Below are positions 11,601 to 20,771 of a stretch of 50,604 bases of DNA, in pieces. The stretch lies in the NCBI GenBank assembly GCA_900128565.1, contig LT635923.1, positions 1-50,604 on the forward strand, written 5' to 3'. The position numbers and the translations under genes were made by a program. Source of the stretch: Stramenopiles sp. TOSAG23-6. Taxonomy: Eukaryota. Under the pieces are notes generated by a model. The model ran no database searches. It had not been told where the DNA came from and was given only the letters and a program-made list of their open reading frames with translations. Positions within the stretch are counted from its first letter, which is position 1, and each line of letters starts with the position of its first letter.

Positions 11601-12684
11601 CATCCTTAAATGCACCCCAACGTATATATACCTCAGAAACTTCTAAAAGTACTTCTGGATTTGTAAAATTTTCTATATGTTTCATGGCAGAAGTATATGC
11701 AACAAAAGCTTGTTGAATTAAGGATCTTTTTCTATTTTCTATTGTGTCTGCGTCTTTCCACAAGCGCATGCAGCATGATCCAAGTTTGCGACTTGAGTTG
11801 GCATTGCTTTGGCCGAATTCATGTGCTAGTGTCAAATGTTTTATACAGCTCTCAGTAGATTCTACTGTACCAAGCTTAGCTTCTACCATTCCAAGTCGCC
11901 TTGCCGTACTTCCATAGGATGCTTGCATTTTTGGAAATATATTATTTCGAAGCTCTACTTTTTCGGAAACAGGAACTTCGGGGTCATCGAACTGGGCACG
12001 AAATATATCAAGTTTTTTTCCCTGTCTTTCTAACTGTTCTTTTAATTTATGCCGGAGTGCTTCCTGTGCTCTTTTCTTAAAGAATGACACTGGTTCTAGT
12101 TTAAAGTTAGGAGGTGGTGGTGCATTATCTGATTCATCGATGACTTTTACTTGTTCCGTTCCACTGTTTCGGAAGTCTGAGAATACAAAACGTCTCTTTG
12201 GAGCTGAAACTGAAACTTTTGCTGCTTGGGAGAGTGTGTCTTCAACTTCAGAGTGACTCGATTCTTCTGCTTTTGCCTCTGAACGAAATCGCTCTTCCTC
12301 GCGTTTGATGAATTCTATATCTTCATCCAACTCTATGTCTGAGTCTGACTTCCTTTCATTTCCAACACTAAGTCTATTACTTTTGTTAAGGTCGTCATTT
12401 TTGTTACTTAGCTCAGACAAATTGCCTCTATTTTTCTTCTTTACTTTTTTTGATTTTGCAGATACCGACCTTCTCTTTCGACTCCTTGATTTACTCCTTG
12501 ATTTACTCCTTGATTTACTTCTCGATCGATTCCGGGTTTTCTTCCTTGATTTCCTTTTTTTCATTGACTCTTTTCTTGCTTTTGTTTGCTTCCTTTTAAC
12601 GCTGTTTATCACTACTGTCGAATCCTTCTCATTTGTCGCGGTTATTTTACCCCGACCTGACTTGTCTGTAGGTGATATCTCCAT
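8671..12684 (-). CDS. Large protein: RS/K-rich N-terminus, TPR-like repeats, IQ motifs, SFI1-like F..W repeats, ribonuclease-inhibitor-type LRRs
   Basis: Single ~1337-aa ORF from first ATG; IQ: LQQLIRGYLMR, IQCMIRMSNAR, IQRILRGWFGR; LRR: LRILDISNNCISDKGATGLA, LEILRLSNNNIGDKGA, LQEIDLDDNYIGNGGA. Confidence 0.85.
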   Translation of the reverse strand: MEISPTDKSGRGKITATNEKDSTVVINSVKRKQTKARKESMKKRKSRKKTRNRSRSKSRSKSRSKSRSRKRRSVSAKSKKVKKKNRGNLSELSNKNDDLNKSNRLSVGNERKSDSDIELDEDIEFIKREEERFRSEAKAEESSHSEVEDTLSQAAKVSVSAPKRRFVFSDFRNSGTEQVKVIDESDNAPPPPNFKLEPVSFFKKRAQEALRHKLKEQLERQGKKLDIFRAQFDDPEVPVSEKVELRNNIFPKMQASYGSTARRLGMVEAKLGTVESTESCIKHLTLAHEFGQSNANSSRKLGSCCMRLWKDADTIENRKRSLIQQAFVAYTSAMKHIENFTNPEVLLEVSEVYIRWGAFKDAAKLLGKIIENFEDFAKINEAIYLAAVCLIQLKELGRALEYITYILDDPPTGLSEGDLLLQLSRVLQMKISAKYGDDITKAGPEERIGIRESFESAFYRLKPPGYRKPLKTWLSDPDRWWDRGKRYYRRRFFHLAADSMQQAMKCHHAYGTDFSAQQWAEFADCCWAVPLEEQSQYAATMAFHYDAYNSRARGQVYTLAYDFYGQQIDAENQCIIPLQQLIRGYLMRILFKKHIKARQIQCMIRMSNARHLMFRHWYSREIQRILRGWFGRNKAKDRMRMKRIDILQNTRKLILQSRDGIKRLGWIKWIEMIEWQRRYERICRKYANTTLQGMFDEWKENVITLQEERRDELNDSKAGAFLKRMRNREIHTTFNLWKIFTEKMLEVKRRFRRSVGGLLTRCFSAWIEYKNIMITRTKNRAASKLTRFVKQSICYWKHRSPQFLDWDPLGEIPEIAERHELEQPIELMIALHRAKTVGTCRLPQRILNIRELDDIFSVAQHLVIDSSFLTPSDANVLASILRKGTANNNEDISSIERKGTNDNSGDISAKKTESKISSCNVKTLLLYNTYIGNAGLTSIAAAIQETKHPSLTSLAVGNGRFGCKGICAISRAIRSGSGHSIQHLFIDGCYGGDAAAHALADGLRTGQSKLIELQLSNANVGDIGGSRLGRALSGTYTLRILDISNNCISDKGATGLAKGLSSEWGKLEILRLSNNNIGDKGARAFSKVLGDYRSNHLQEIDLDDNYIGNGGAAALARSLGINGNLRSMKLRRNKVGRSACVAFHDVIKRSISGQVSGGKKLIELCLNGNDEADIHLVSEITNMLLKRQFKSAINVSQAVNNENNVAPFQLKSDLYKSKESKDIWPTDFVTTSSIELETFKDQLSNILSDQKSGNVSNVIYNTKTFLLPYERDIDEKGNFEVESPRNTSELLPPALDPKLPLGASYDGIETSTISKEEKREVMMHLTTEYFIPNKRNK

Positions 12685-13004
12685 ATCCACGTTCAAAATT
12701 GCTTACTATAGAAACATTATAAGTGAGTCATTATTTCAATAGATATCGCATACTCATGTAGTAATATTTTGGGTAATTACCAGTAGTCTATTTAATTGCC
12801 AATCAATGAAGTGATCTTAGAAGTGATCTTAGATTCTGACCGCAAAAAAAAACAGTTACAGAAACACAGAAGAAACGCTCGAAAAAAACGTCTATCACCA
12901 AGATACGGACTATACGTACTATAGTAGTTATACGGATAGTATTTGTATTAATAGGAGTGGTAGCTTTTATTTATTGGACAGAGATATTATTGAAATCTGC
13001 GAGC

Positions 13005-13463
13005 ATGGAACTTACTGAAATAATTGAAGCTACGTGGGATTGTATCGCAGTTAAAGGTAGTAGAACAGTTGAAGCCGAGGACATTTGTAAAGGATTACGT
13101 GCTCTTTGTAAATTTGGAGGTTTTACAACTGAAAAGGATTTACAGGAAATTAAGAATCAACAGAAGTTTTCAAAATCGGACTTTATATCAATTATGAATA
13201 AGAGAATATCTTGTGCTCCACCGAACTTTTCCGAGTTTTTAGCAAGGCAAAATAATCCACTGAACAAGATAGATCCAGATGGGACCAATAAACTGACTGG
13301 GAAGCAACTTCAAGAAATACTTTGTTCCATGGGAAATAATTTGTCCCCCAGAGAAGTAAGTAACTTCTACAAATATATAGGATTTCAAGATCCAGGGGGG
13401 AATTTTGTTGATAAGGATAGACTATTTAAATCTGTAAAGCAATATCTCGTAAAATCTCTATAA
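13005..13463 (+). CDS. Divergent calmodulin/centrin/light-chain-like EF-hand protein
   Basis: ~152 aa from first ATG; IDPDGTNKLTGKQLQEILCSMGNNLSPREV and FSKSDFISIM resemble calmodulin-family EF hands. Confidence 0.7.
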   Translation: MELTEIIEATWDCIAVKGSRTVEAEDICKGLRALCKFGGFTTEKDLQEIKNQQKFSKSDFISIMNKRISCAPPNFSEFLARQNNPLNKIDPDGTNKLTGKQLQEILCSMGNNLSPREVSNFYKYIGFQDPGGNFVDKDRLFKSVKQYLVKSL

Positions 13464-13560
13464 ATGTGTACAATATAAGTGTATTTGTTTTTAGTTGATA
13501 TCATACTTGATTTATTTGTTTAAAACTATGATATGCTGCTAAAATTGACATCCTCTAATA

Positions 13561-14931
13561 CTATCCGTCTTCGTCATCACATCTAATACCATTATCGTCA
13601 TCACTATTATTAGCATCATCATCACTTGCACTAGCATTATCATCACTTGTATTTTCATCACTTGCACTAGCATTATCATCACTTGTATTTTCATCACTTA
13701 TATTAGCATTTTCATCACTTGTATTAGCGTCATCATCACTTGTATTAGCATCATCACTATTATTAGAATCATTGTCACTTGTATTAGCATCATCACTATT
13801 ACTACCATCATCATCACTTGCGCTAGCATCATCATCACTTGCGCTAGCATCATCATCACTTGCGCTAGCATCATTATCACTTGCACTGTCACTACTACTA
13901 CCACTATTGCTATCTGTATTTATTTTCATATCACCAATAATTTCATTTTCACTATCGCTACTTGAGCTATTATTATTACCACTTGCGCTAGCTTCATCAT
14001 TATCACTTGCACTGTCAATACTACTACCACTATTGCTATCAGCATTTATTTTCATATCACCAATAATTTCATTTTCACTATTTTCACTATCACTATTGCC
14101 ACTACTAGAAACACTTCCAGATTTGTCACATCCAACCGAATTCAAAACATTTTGGGTACTTTTTTTTGGAAAATGTCTACGAACAAGGTTTTTTCTCTTC
14201 TCTTCTAGCGCGGAGTATACTGAGCAATCATGTGCTTTTGAAGCTTCACCAAGGAGGCGTTGAATACGAAGCAATTTACCAAATGCATCTGGTGCTTTAC
14301 TTGAGTTATTAGGATTAGAGGTATTAGGGTTAGGGGTATAATCTACTGCTGTACTTGAGTTTGAGAGGGATGATTTCGATATATTATCTAGTACTACCAA
14401 AGGAGATTCCTTTATTCGCTTTTTTGAACTATCACCAGAGTTCTCACAACGTGTACTTCTTGTCAATTCAGAATTAGGGTTAGGGTTACTTCTTGTCAAT
14501 TCGGAATTTCGACGTTTCAACCTTCGCCGCCGAGGATTTTTTTGAAGTGTTTTGGAAACGGATGTGTTGAGTCCATTTTCAGTGCGTATGTGTCGTAGGC
14601 TGTGTACATTATGATGAATGCGTTGAAGCACGAACTCGTTTTTCGTCGAGTCAAAGACGAGAATGCAGTCACCAGTAGTTGGAGAATTCATCTGACCAGT
14701 CGTTTTCACTTCATCATGCCTTCCTTTTAAAACATTTTTTCCCCATTCTACATCAGTCTGTTTTTGCCGAAGTCTAATTGATGTTGGCTCTTCAGTGGAT
14801 ACACTCTCCGGTTTACATTGGTAACGGAAAGTAAAATATTTGGTTGCATCAGTACTAGTAGTCTTATCCAAAGCACTCCTGCTATCTCCATGAAAGAACG
14901 AATCACCAATCCGAACGCGATACTTTGTCAT
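13561..14931 (-). CDS. EAF: ELL-associated factor (EAF) domain protein with long acidic Ser/Asp repeat tail
   Basis: YRVRIGDSF, YFTFRYQCKPESV, DCILVFD..EFVLQRI..LRHIR match the EAF N-terminal domain; first ATG at 14931. Confidence 0.75.
   Translation of the reverse strand: MTKYRVRIGDSFFHGDSRSALDKTTSTDATKYFTFRYQCKPESVSTEEPTSIRLRQKQTDVEWGKNVLKGRHDEVKTTGQMNSPTTGDCILVFDSTKNEFVLQRIHHNVHSLRHIRTENGLNTSVSKTLQKNPRRRRLKRRNSELTRSNPNPNSELTRSTRCENSGDSSKKRIKESPLVVLDNISKSSLSNSSTAVDYTPNPNTSNPNNSSKAPDAFGKLLRIQRLLGEASKAHDCSVYSALEEKRKNLVRRHFPKKSTQNVLNSVGCDKSGSVSSSGNSDSENSENEIIGDMKINADSNSGSSIDSASDNDEASASGNNNSSSSDSENEIIGDMKINTDSNSGSSSDSASDNDASASDDDASASDDDASASDDDGSNSDDANTSDNDSNNSDDANTSDDDANTSDENANISDENTSDDNASASDENTSDDNASASDDDANNSDDDNGIRCDDEDG
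13580..14090 (-). repeat. Coding tandem repeats (21-bp ASASDDD/ANTSDDD units; duplicated SDSENEIIGDMKIN block)
   Basis: Visible in DNA and translation. Confidence 0.85.
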
Positions 14932-15118
14932 TACACGCACGTGCCAAAGTTATTACACCAAATACATGCTTGACTTTTATGGAATGTATTAGGCTTGTAT
15001 GTCTACCTATACTCGAAAAGTGAGTTTACCACACACAGATATTAAATAGTACAACTATACAAGTAGAAGTCTTGACGACGTCACGACGAGGTATCTCAGA
15101 AAATTTGACGCGTGTTAT

Positions 15119-15194
15119 CCTAACCCTAAACCCTAACCCTACCTACAATGTCATTGATTGGCCCGAAAAAATCGTCGTATTAGGGTTAGGGTTA
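15119..15194. promoter_or_regulatory. Two oppositely oriented telo-box/telomere-like tracts flanking a CCAAT box in the EAF/DNAJB12 divergent intergenic region
   Basis: cctaaccctaaaccctaaccct (15119-15140) ... gattgg ... ttagggttagggtta (15180-15194); function inferred from position only. Confidence 0.45.
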
Positions 15195-15317
15195 CGTAGG
15201 CTTCTTCGCTTCTTCTCACCACCACCACCACCACCGGGACAACAATATTCCTTACTTCAACTTTCATCAATTATATTATATGTAATGAGATAAATAGTTA
15301 CAAAGAGTCTTTTTACA

Positions 15318-16424
15318 ATGAGTGATTTTGATCGCGATCAATCTTCAAAATGTCGCCTCATAGGTCAATCGGCTTTAAATTCTGGAAACTTTGACAAAGC
15401 AATAAAGTTCTTTGAAAAGTCTGAACGTCTGTGTCCTTTGCCAGGAACTCAAGAACTTCTCACTAAAGCCCGTAAACGTGAGCCTCCACAGAGTAGTGCG
15501 TCATCGGGAGCATCTACTGCACAGCAGCGGTCAACAAAGAAGTCTAGTAGTGGTCCACAACGTAGTAAAACTCATGGATCCTACAGACCTGAACAAGAAA
15601 CTATAGCAAAAGAAATCAACTCTCATACTGATTATTATAAAATCTTGGGTGTCCCAAGAAATGCCGCAGATAATGTTATAAAGAAAGCATACCGAAAACT
15701 TTCCATGAAAGTGCACCCCGACAAGAACAAAGCACCTTCCGCAGAGCTAGCTTTCAAGAATGTTTCAGCTGCTTATGCAACACTTATAGATCCAGAAAAA
15801 CGAAAAAAATATGACAGATATGGGACTGACAATCCTGTTCGATCATATCGTCGTGGAGGTGGTGGAAGTCAAGAGTACATGGATCCTGAAGATATATTTA
15901 ATATGTTTTTTAATGGTGGGGGGCCTAGATTTGTTCACAGACAACGTGGACAGAGAAGAAACCCTCACCATAATAATGTTCAAGGACTCGGTTTAGGTCA
16001 ACTTATTCATTTTCTTCCTTTATTAATGTTATTCGTCATGTCGTGGTTTTCTCTCCCTTTTGATCAACCTCAGCAATCATATTCTTTTATCCAACAAAAT
16101 GATTATGTGTATCCATATCGTACGAAACGGGGTATCCATTTCTACGTGTCTGATAGAACAAAAAATAAAATGGAAAGTTCGCATTATGCGAGAAAAATTT
16201 CGAATTTGGTAGAACAGGATTATTTAAGAGATCTTCAAGGAAAATGCTATAGTCAGAAACAAGAGAAACGGCAAATGATAATGAGAGCACAACGAATGCG
16301 ATCTGTAAAGAAGAGAGAAACTTTGTTAAAAAAAGCTAGATCTCTATCTCTTAGTCATTGTTCGACTCTTAACAAACTTTTTGGGAAAAAAGAACAACAC
16401 TGGGATTATATCTCAGGGGGTTGA
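15318..16424 (+). CDS. DNAJB12: ER-membrane J-domain co-chaperone DNAJB12/DNAJB14-like
   Basis: N-terminal TPR-like helix, J domain [44 protein letters not shown] segment, C-terminal [15 protein letters not shown]. Confidence 0.92.
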   Translation: MSDFDRDQSSKCRLIGQSALNSGNFDKAIKFFEKSERLCPLPGTQELLTKARKREPPQSSASSGASTAQQRSTKKSSSGPQRSKTHGSYRPEQETIAKEINSHTDYYKILGVPRNAADNVIKKAYRKLSMKVHPDKNKAPSAELAFKNVSAAYATLIDPEKRKKYDRYGTDNPVRSYRRGGGGSQEYMDPEDIFNMFFNGGGPRFVHRQRGQRRNPHHNNVQGLGLGQLIHFLPLLMLFVMSWFSLPFDQPQQSYSFIQQNDYVYPYRTKRGIHFYVSDRTKNKMESSHYARKISNLVEQDYLRDLQGKCYSQKQEKRQMIMRAQRMRSVKKRETLLKKARSLSLSHCSTLNKLFGKKEQHWDYISGG

Positions 16425-16580
16425 ATGTGTCTAGTGGTGAGGCGATCCGTATGTAGGAGTAGTACATATGCCTTTACTATTGTAGATGTTTTTTAAATTA
16501 CAATAAATTTCAATATGTAGTAACAGTTTTATTATATCCATTACTCTTGCTTGTTTGAGGGTGTTTGTTTTAATATTAGA

Positions 16581-16835
16581 TTACTCACTTTGTCGACGAA
16601 ATATAATTTTTTTAGTTGACTGACCAAAGTATTTACAGTTTCCGCTGCTATCCTTATTGAAAATAGCTGATGTACCAATAACTGGCTCATATTTTCCTAC
16701 TAACCACTGGCCACTCACCTGAACACGAGGTGCTTCAGTGTCAAGATCGAGAAACTCATACGGGCCTGAAATTAAACTTTTATCTACTGAACTATCAAAT
16801 TCTACGATTAAATAAGCTTCATCTTGAGAAGCCAT
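16581..16835 (-). CDS. GTF3C6: TFIIIC subunit 6 (GTF3C6)-like small protein
   Basis: YLIVEF..LDLDTEAPRVQVSGQWLVGKYEPVIGTSAIF..STKKIIF matches the TFIIIC_sub6 pattern; first ATG at 16835. Confidence 0.7.
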   Translation of the reverse strand: MASQDEAYLIVEFDSSVDKSLISGPYEFLDLDTEAPRVQVSGQWLVGKYEPVIGTSAIFNKDSSGNCKYFGQSTKKIIFRRQSE

Positions 16836-17295
16836 TCCAAAGAAAAGCTTATAATGCACCTATCGAAGACAAATAAATAAGGACTTTAAATGATAGAGAC
16901 AATGCCTTTGGAATTTTATAATTATTAGAGATTTTAATTCTCTCAAGATTTCTCTCTCTACAGTTCCTTCTTCTTTTTTTTGACCACGGGTCTCAAAAAA
17001 AGGCGCCGTCGGCCGTCAGTATTTTTCGTGTTTTTTCCTCATCTAGAATGAGTTCGACTTCCTCGTTTCACGAAACAATTCAAACAATTCCATCAAGAGA
17101 ATTCACTCAGCCATTTTTCATTCACTCAGCCACAAACCTGCAAAAAACCGAAAATCCTTATTTATATACATCAAACGACACTATATATACAATAATTTTT
17201 CAGCCAATTTAATTTTTAATTTTTTTAATTTTATTTAATTTCAAATGTCATTATCAGCATACGCAGCATGAAAAGGATCCGCAGTATCCATGCTA

Positions 17296-18795
17296 TCATC
17301 CTCCCGGAAGCCGGAAGGTTGCTTCTTCTGAAGCAGGTATAGCATGAACGATGGCCATACTTGCTAAATCTTTACCACAATAATCTACAATTGATGCATC
17401 TAAAACTAAATCATCCTTTTCGTGTTTGTTCTTCCAACACATTTTATCTCGTTGGAGGGGGTACAATGTACTAGTCGTAGACTCATACCATTTGTCTTTA
17501 TCATGCATTGTCATGTGAAGAGTTGGATGATCCTCTCTAGGATTCTTTGCCAAAAAAAAGAAGCGGAACTCCATACTAGTCCGCTCAAATTTTTTAGATG
17601 ATGACTTTTCCAATATTTCTGTATCCATAATTGGTAAAGCAGAATGCTGCTCATATGCAGTAAAAAATAGGTAACCTTGGCCCTTGGTCAAGTTAGAAAA
17701 TACTATATTTACTAATTCGTCGTCACAATCTTGATACCCACCAGGCTCTAGTGGACCACATCCGACGTTATTTCTTCTCATGCCGAGAGGTTGGACAGTC
17801 ATTACATTGTCAAGAGTAGTCCAAAAGTTTGCCATTTCAAGAGCAACAAAGAACTTTTGATTGTCATCAAAGACCAGCCTATCAACACATTGCTCATAAT
17901 GATTTCTGAGATTCACCTCGAAGAGATCATTATGGATAGCAATGAAACTATTATCAGTCCGAGGTTCTACGGAACATTGTGTAAGACTTTCTACAGGACT
18001 AAGTGCTCTAAAATTATGCTTTAGTTTTTCAACGAAACTATCAACGCTTGTCTCAACAGATACCGTATATCTTGTATCACCACCCTTTGTATAATGCTGA
18101 TAAAAATTTGCTATTATTCCAGTTCCTGCTTCTCTGAATGTTAATGACGCATTTCTAAACATACACGATAGTCTTTGAATCTTCTCAATATCTGTTTTCC
18201 CATTGTTGGGAAAAGGTTTTACGTTATCGATTAAAACTGCTCTGAGTTCAGAAAACCACTGACAATCATCAGACCGCGAGCACTCAGCTTCATCATACTC
18301 ATCACACAACCCAATAAATCCCTTTTTCGGCCAACAATGTGGTACACTATCAATTATTTGATTTTCTATCACTTCCCAAATTTTTTGTCTATTGTTAACT
18401 TCTTGTGCGCCCGTCGACGTAGAATGTGACGGAGGCGGAGATAATTCTATTTGATCGAAAGCTTCTTTGGGAACTTGGACTCCTGTATATCCATCATGAA
18501 AAAGAGATCTCCTACTTAAAGTATCGAAATCTATTTTGCTCATCTGGACTTCCTTTGTTAAATCGATAGGTATATCACCATTATCAAGTGCTTCCCCGAT
18601 TGCAGTGGGTTCGCAAGCATAACCGTATGGACTATTTCCTTCTTGTGGATGTGCTTCTTTCAGTTGAATTGGATTTAGCATAGGAAGTCTATCTGAAAAA
18701 TATTGTGGAAAATCTTTTGTTGCTGCCGCACAAACAGCCAATAAGAAAAAGCTGACTATATAAACATGGATATTTATCAGTTTTTCCAACGACAT
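17296..18795 (-). CDS. Signal-peptide protein with CmcJ/AsaB/NvfI-like Fe(II)/2OG oxygenase motifs
   Basis: Hydrophobic N-terminus; IHND (HxD), NFWTTL..QPLG, LTKGQGYLF, HSA, RTSMEFRFFF in family order (recognised by eye). Confidence 0.55.
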   Translation of the reverse strand: MSLEKLINIHVYIVSFFLLAVCAAATKDFPQYFSDRLPMLNPIQLKEAHPQEGNSPYGYACEPTAIGEALDNGDIPIDLTKEVQMSKIDFDTLSRRSLFHDGYTGVQVPKEAFDQIELSPPPSHSTSTGAQEVNNRQKIWEVIENQIIDSVPHCWPKKGFIGLCDEYDEAECSRSDDCQWFSELRAVLIDNVKPFPNNGKTDIEKIQRLSCMFRNASLTFREAGTGIIANFYQHYTKGGDTRYTVSVETSVDSFVEKLKHNFRALSPVESLTQCSVEPRTDNSFIAIHNDLFEVNLRNHYEQCVDRLVFDDNQKFFVALEMANFWTTLDNVMTVQPLGMRRNNVGCGPLEPGGYQDCDDELVNIVFSNLTKGQGYLFFTAYEQHSALPIMDTEILEKSSSKKFERTSMEFRFFFLAKNPREDHPTLHMTMHDKDKWYESTTSTLYPLQRDKMCWKNKHEKDDLVLDASIVDYCGKDLASMAIVHAIPASEEATFRLPGG

Positions 18796-19001
18796 ATTGA
18801 AATTTTTGGTCAGCCAGCAGAGTTGTAGATACAGGGATAAGGTACCGCAATGTTAAAGTTTAAATATCCGAAATCTCAAATCGAAATCAAATCAAATCCC
18901 TTACTTATTTTATTTGATATTTCGTGCGAAAGTCATCACAGTTAGTACCCGGTACACTGAAAATTTTGAGACACAATTGAATTTTTTTTTTGTTATTCAA
19001 C

Positions 19002-20649
19002 ATGATGTTTGGTGCAAGTACACTTGCTATTAGACTTGCATCACGACAAAAGTCACAAATGAGGCAATATAAACGGGAAAGGCCGTACAAGAAGCGTCGA
19101 CCTCGTCCGCAAATGCGCGTGTCTTCAGGAAATCATGTGGAAAAGGGTTTGTCAAAAAAGGGTTTAACAAAACAGGGTTTGAGTTTGACAAAACAGGGTT
19201 TAGTTACTTTAATCAAAAACACGTTTGGTTTTAGTGACTGCGATATAACATATACGAGATATACAAAGATTGTGAATAATGGTGGTTCTATGGAGCTAAA
19301 ATGTTGTTGTATGTGTGTAGGGTTATCGAAAAGTGTAAAGAATGTATTTTCTGTAAAACATTTACAAAACGGGGTTCGAAGGGAAAAAGCTTGGGGAATG
19401 CTGGAGAATCAAGCAGCACTAGCTATGTCCGCAATTATACGAGAAAAAACAGATTTCCGTTTTGCGAAAACGATAACTAAAGAATACTGCCATAAGCATC
19501 AGATATCCGTAAACCAGTCACATAATGCTCAAAATGGTATTTATGAGGTTTGTGTCTCGACTTCGAACTGTTTTGGAAGGGTACATTGTCCTCTGAAACA
19601 CGTTGCTATTGGCGGTTCTGGGTATAAGGAAAAGCTTATAAATTTAGCTTGCGTGAAGATGTTGACCAAATTGATACAAAATGAACCGTATAATCCGAGT
19701 CCATCATTACAGCACTATAAACATTGGAGCTACTACATTATGTTAGCAGTAAAACAAAAAGAAAAAAATGAAAGCATAAGAGGAAATTCAGTTCAGCAAG
19801 TTCGAAAGTCGATAGACATCCCTTTAGAGTATACAAAGAAATCTTTAAAAAAGGTAGATATGCCAACACCAAACGTTCTGACATATATATATAAAGCAAT
19901 AGATAATTGTCAATACCAAGGCGATGCTCCAACTATAGTACGTTTTCATATCAATTTGAATGTAATTTTTTTTTTCGTATGAAATTTTGTACCTAACGAA
20001 TTTTTTTTCGAAATATTTTTTCAGAATCCATGCGGATATTTGGATGTATTGTGAGGAAGAAGCTGTGGACGTCATTCCGTCAAAAAATAAACTTAATAAA
20101 TATATTCGGTATTTGATTTGGAAAGATGTACTCGAAAAGGTTTCATTCCAACATGAAAATAAATTTGGATTACGCAGAACTGCCGGAGTTGATAAATGTG
20201 AAGAAAATAATTCGTTTTTGGACAGAACTGCCGGAGTTGATAAATGTGAAGAAAATAATTCGTTTTTGGATAGCCCTGAGAATAAAAATTGCCGAAGTCA
20301 TGATGATAGTGATATGAGTACAAGCAATGATGATAGTGATGTGAGTACAAGCGATGATGATAGTGATGTGAGTACAAGCGATGATGATGATTTACCATTA
20401 AGACAAAGGAAAACAAGAAATGATTATGGTTTAACATTAAGACAAAAGAAAACAAGAAATGATTATGGTTTAACATCAAGACAAAAGAAAACAAGAAATG
20501 ATTATGATTTACCATCAAGACAAAAGAAAACAAGAAATGATTATGATTTAAGACAAAAGAAAAACAGATCTGACAAGAGTAAGTTACACATTGAAAGATC
20601 ACAACACTTCAGTCGCTTGGATAAAGATCCCAACAATTTTTTAATATAA
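19002..20649 (+). CDS. Putative nucleic-acid-binding protein (dsRBD-like segments, H15/winged-helix-like segment, repeat tail); exons 19002-19937 and 20032-20649
   Basis: Two ORFs joined in frame (APTI|ADIW) by removing 19938-20031; domain calls are weak pattern matches. Confidence 0.6.
19938..20031 (+). other. Intron-family element B (94 nt, GT...AT)
   Basis: GTACGTTTTC...TACCTAAC(19990-19997)...TTCAGAATCCAT; phase 0; the AG at 20023-20024 is out of frame with the nearby GT donors. Confidence 0.72.
20174..20565 (+). repeat. Coding tandem repeats: 48-bp x2 (RTAGVDKCEENNSFLD), 27-bp x3 (STSDDDSDV), ~39-bp x4-5 (RQKKTRNDY)
   Basis: Visible in DNA and translation. Confidence 0.9.
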
Positions 20650-20771
20650 CTAATAAAGCATATAAACTTATTTTTATAATTCGATAATAATTCTTACATT
20701 TTTATTATATGCTATTGATTTGTTTTTTACAATGTTTCGTACGTGCCAAGATAAAGGATTTTGAGAGACTT

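Noticed and set aside
12305-14263. Antisense or alternate-frame ORFs rich in Leu/Ser/Phe/Met (e.g. 12305-12742, 13698-13904, 13772-14263; also 10307-10819, 20093-20602, 22954-23508, 24119-24673)
   Set aside because: Shadows of low-complexity or charged regions of real genes; no independent domain signal.
15072-15293. 73-aa ORF upstream of DNAJB12
   Set aside because: Non-ATG start; made of telomere-like and CCA repeats in a divergent promoter region.
2963-16424. Alternative genetic code as the explanation for the broken ORFs
   Set aside because: Intronless conserved genes translate cleanly and end with TAG, TAA or TGA; all family-element breaks involve extra non-coding sequence, and most change frame.
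16860-17295. Possible ncRNA or 5' UTR intron (attcactcagcca twice, short GC-rich patch, polypyrimidine-AG on the minus strand)
   Set aside because: No recognisable tRNA/snRNA/snoRNA structure or convincing donor-branch pair; not supportable without a covariance-model search.
20398-20565. Regularly spaced ~39-bp repeats resembling a CRISPR array
   Set aside because: No unique spacers, in-frame coding repeats in a eukaryotic gene, no cas genes.
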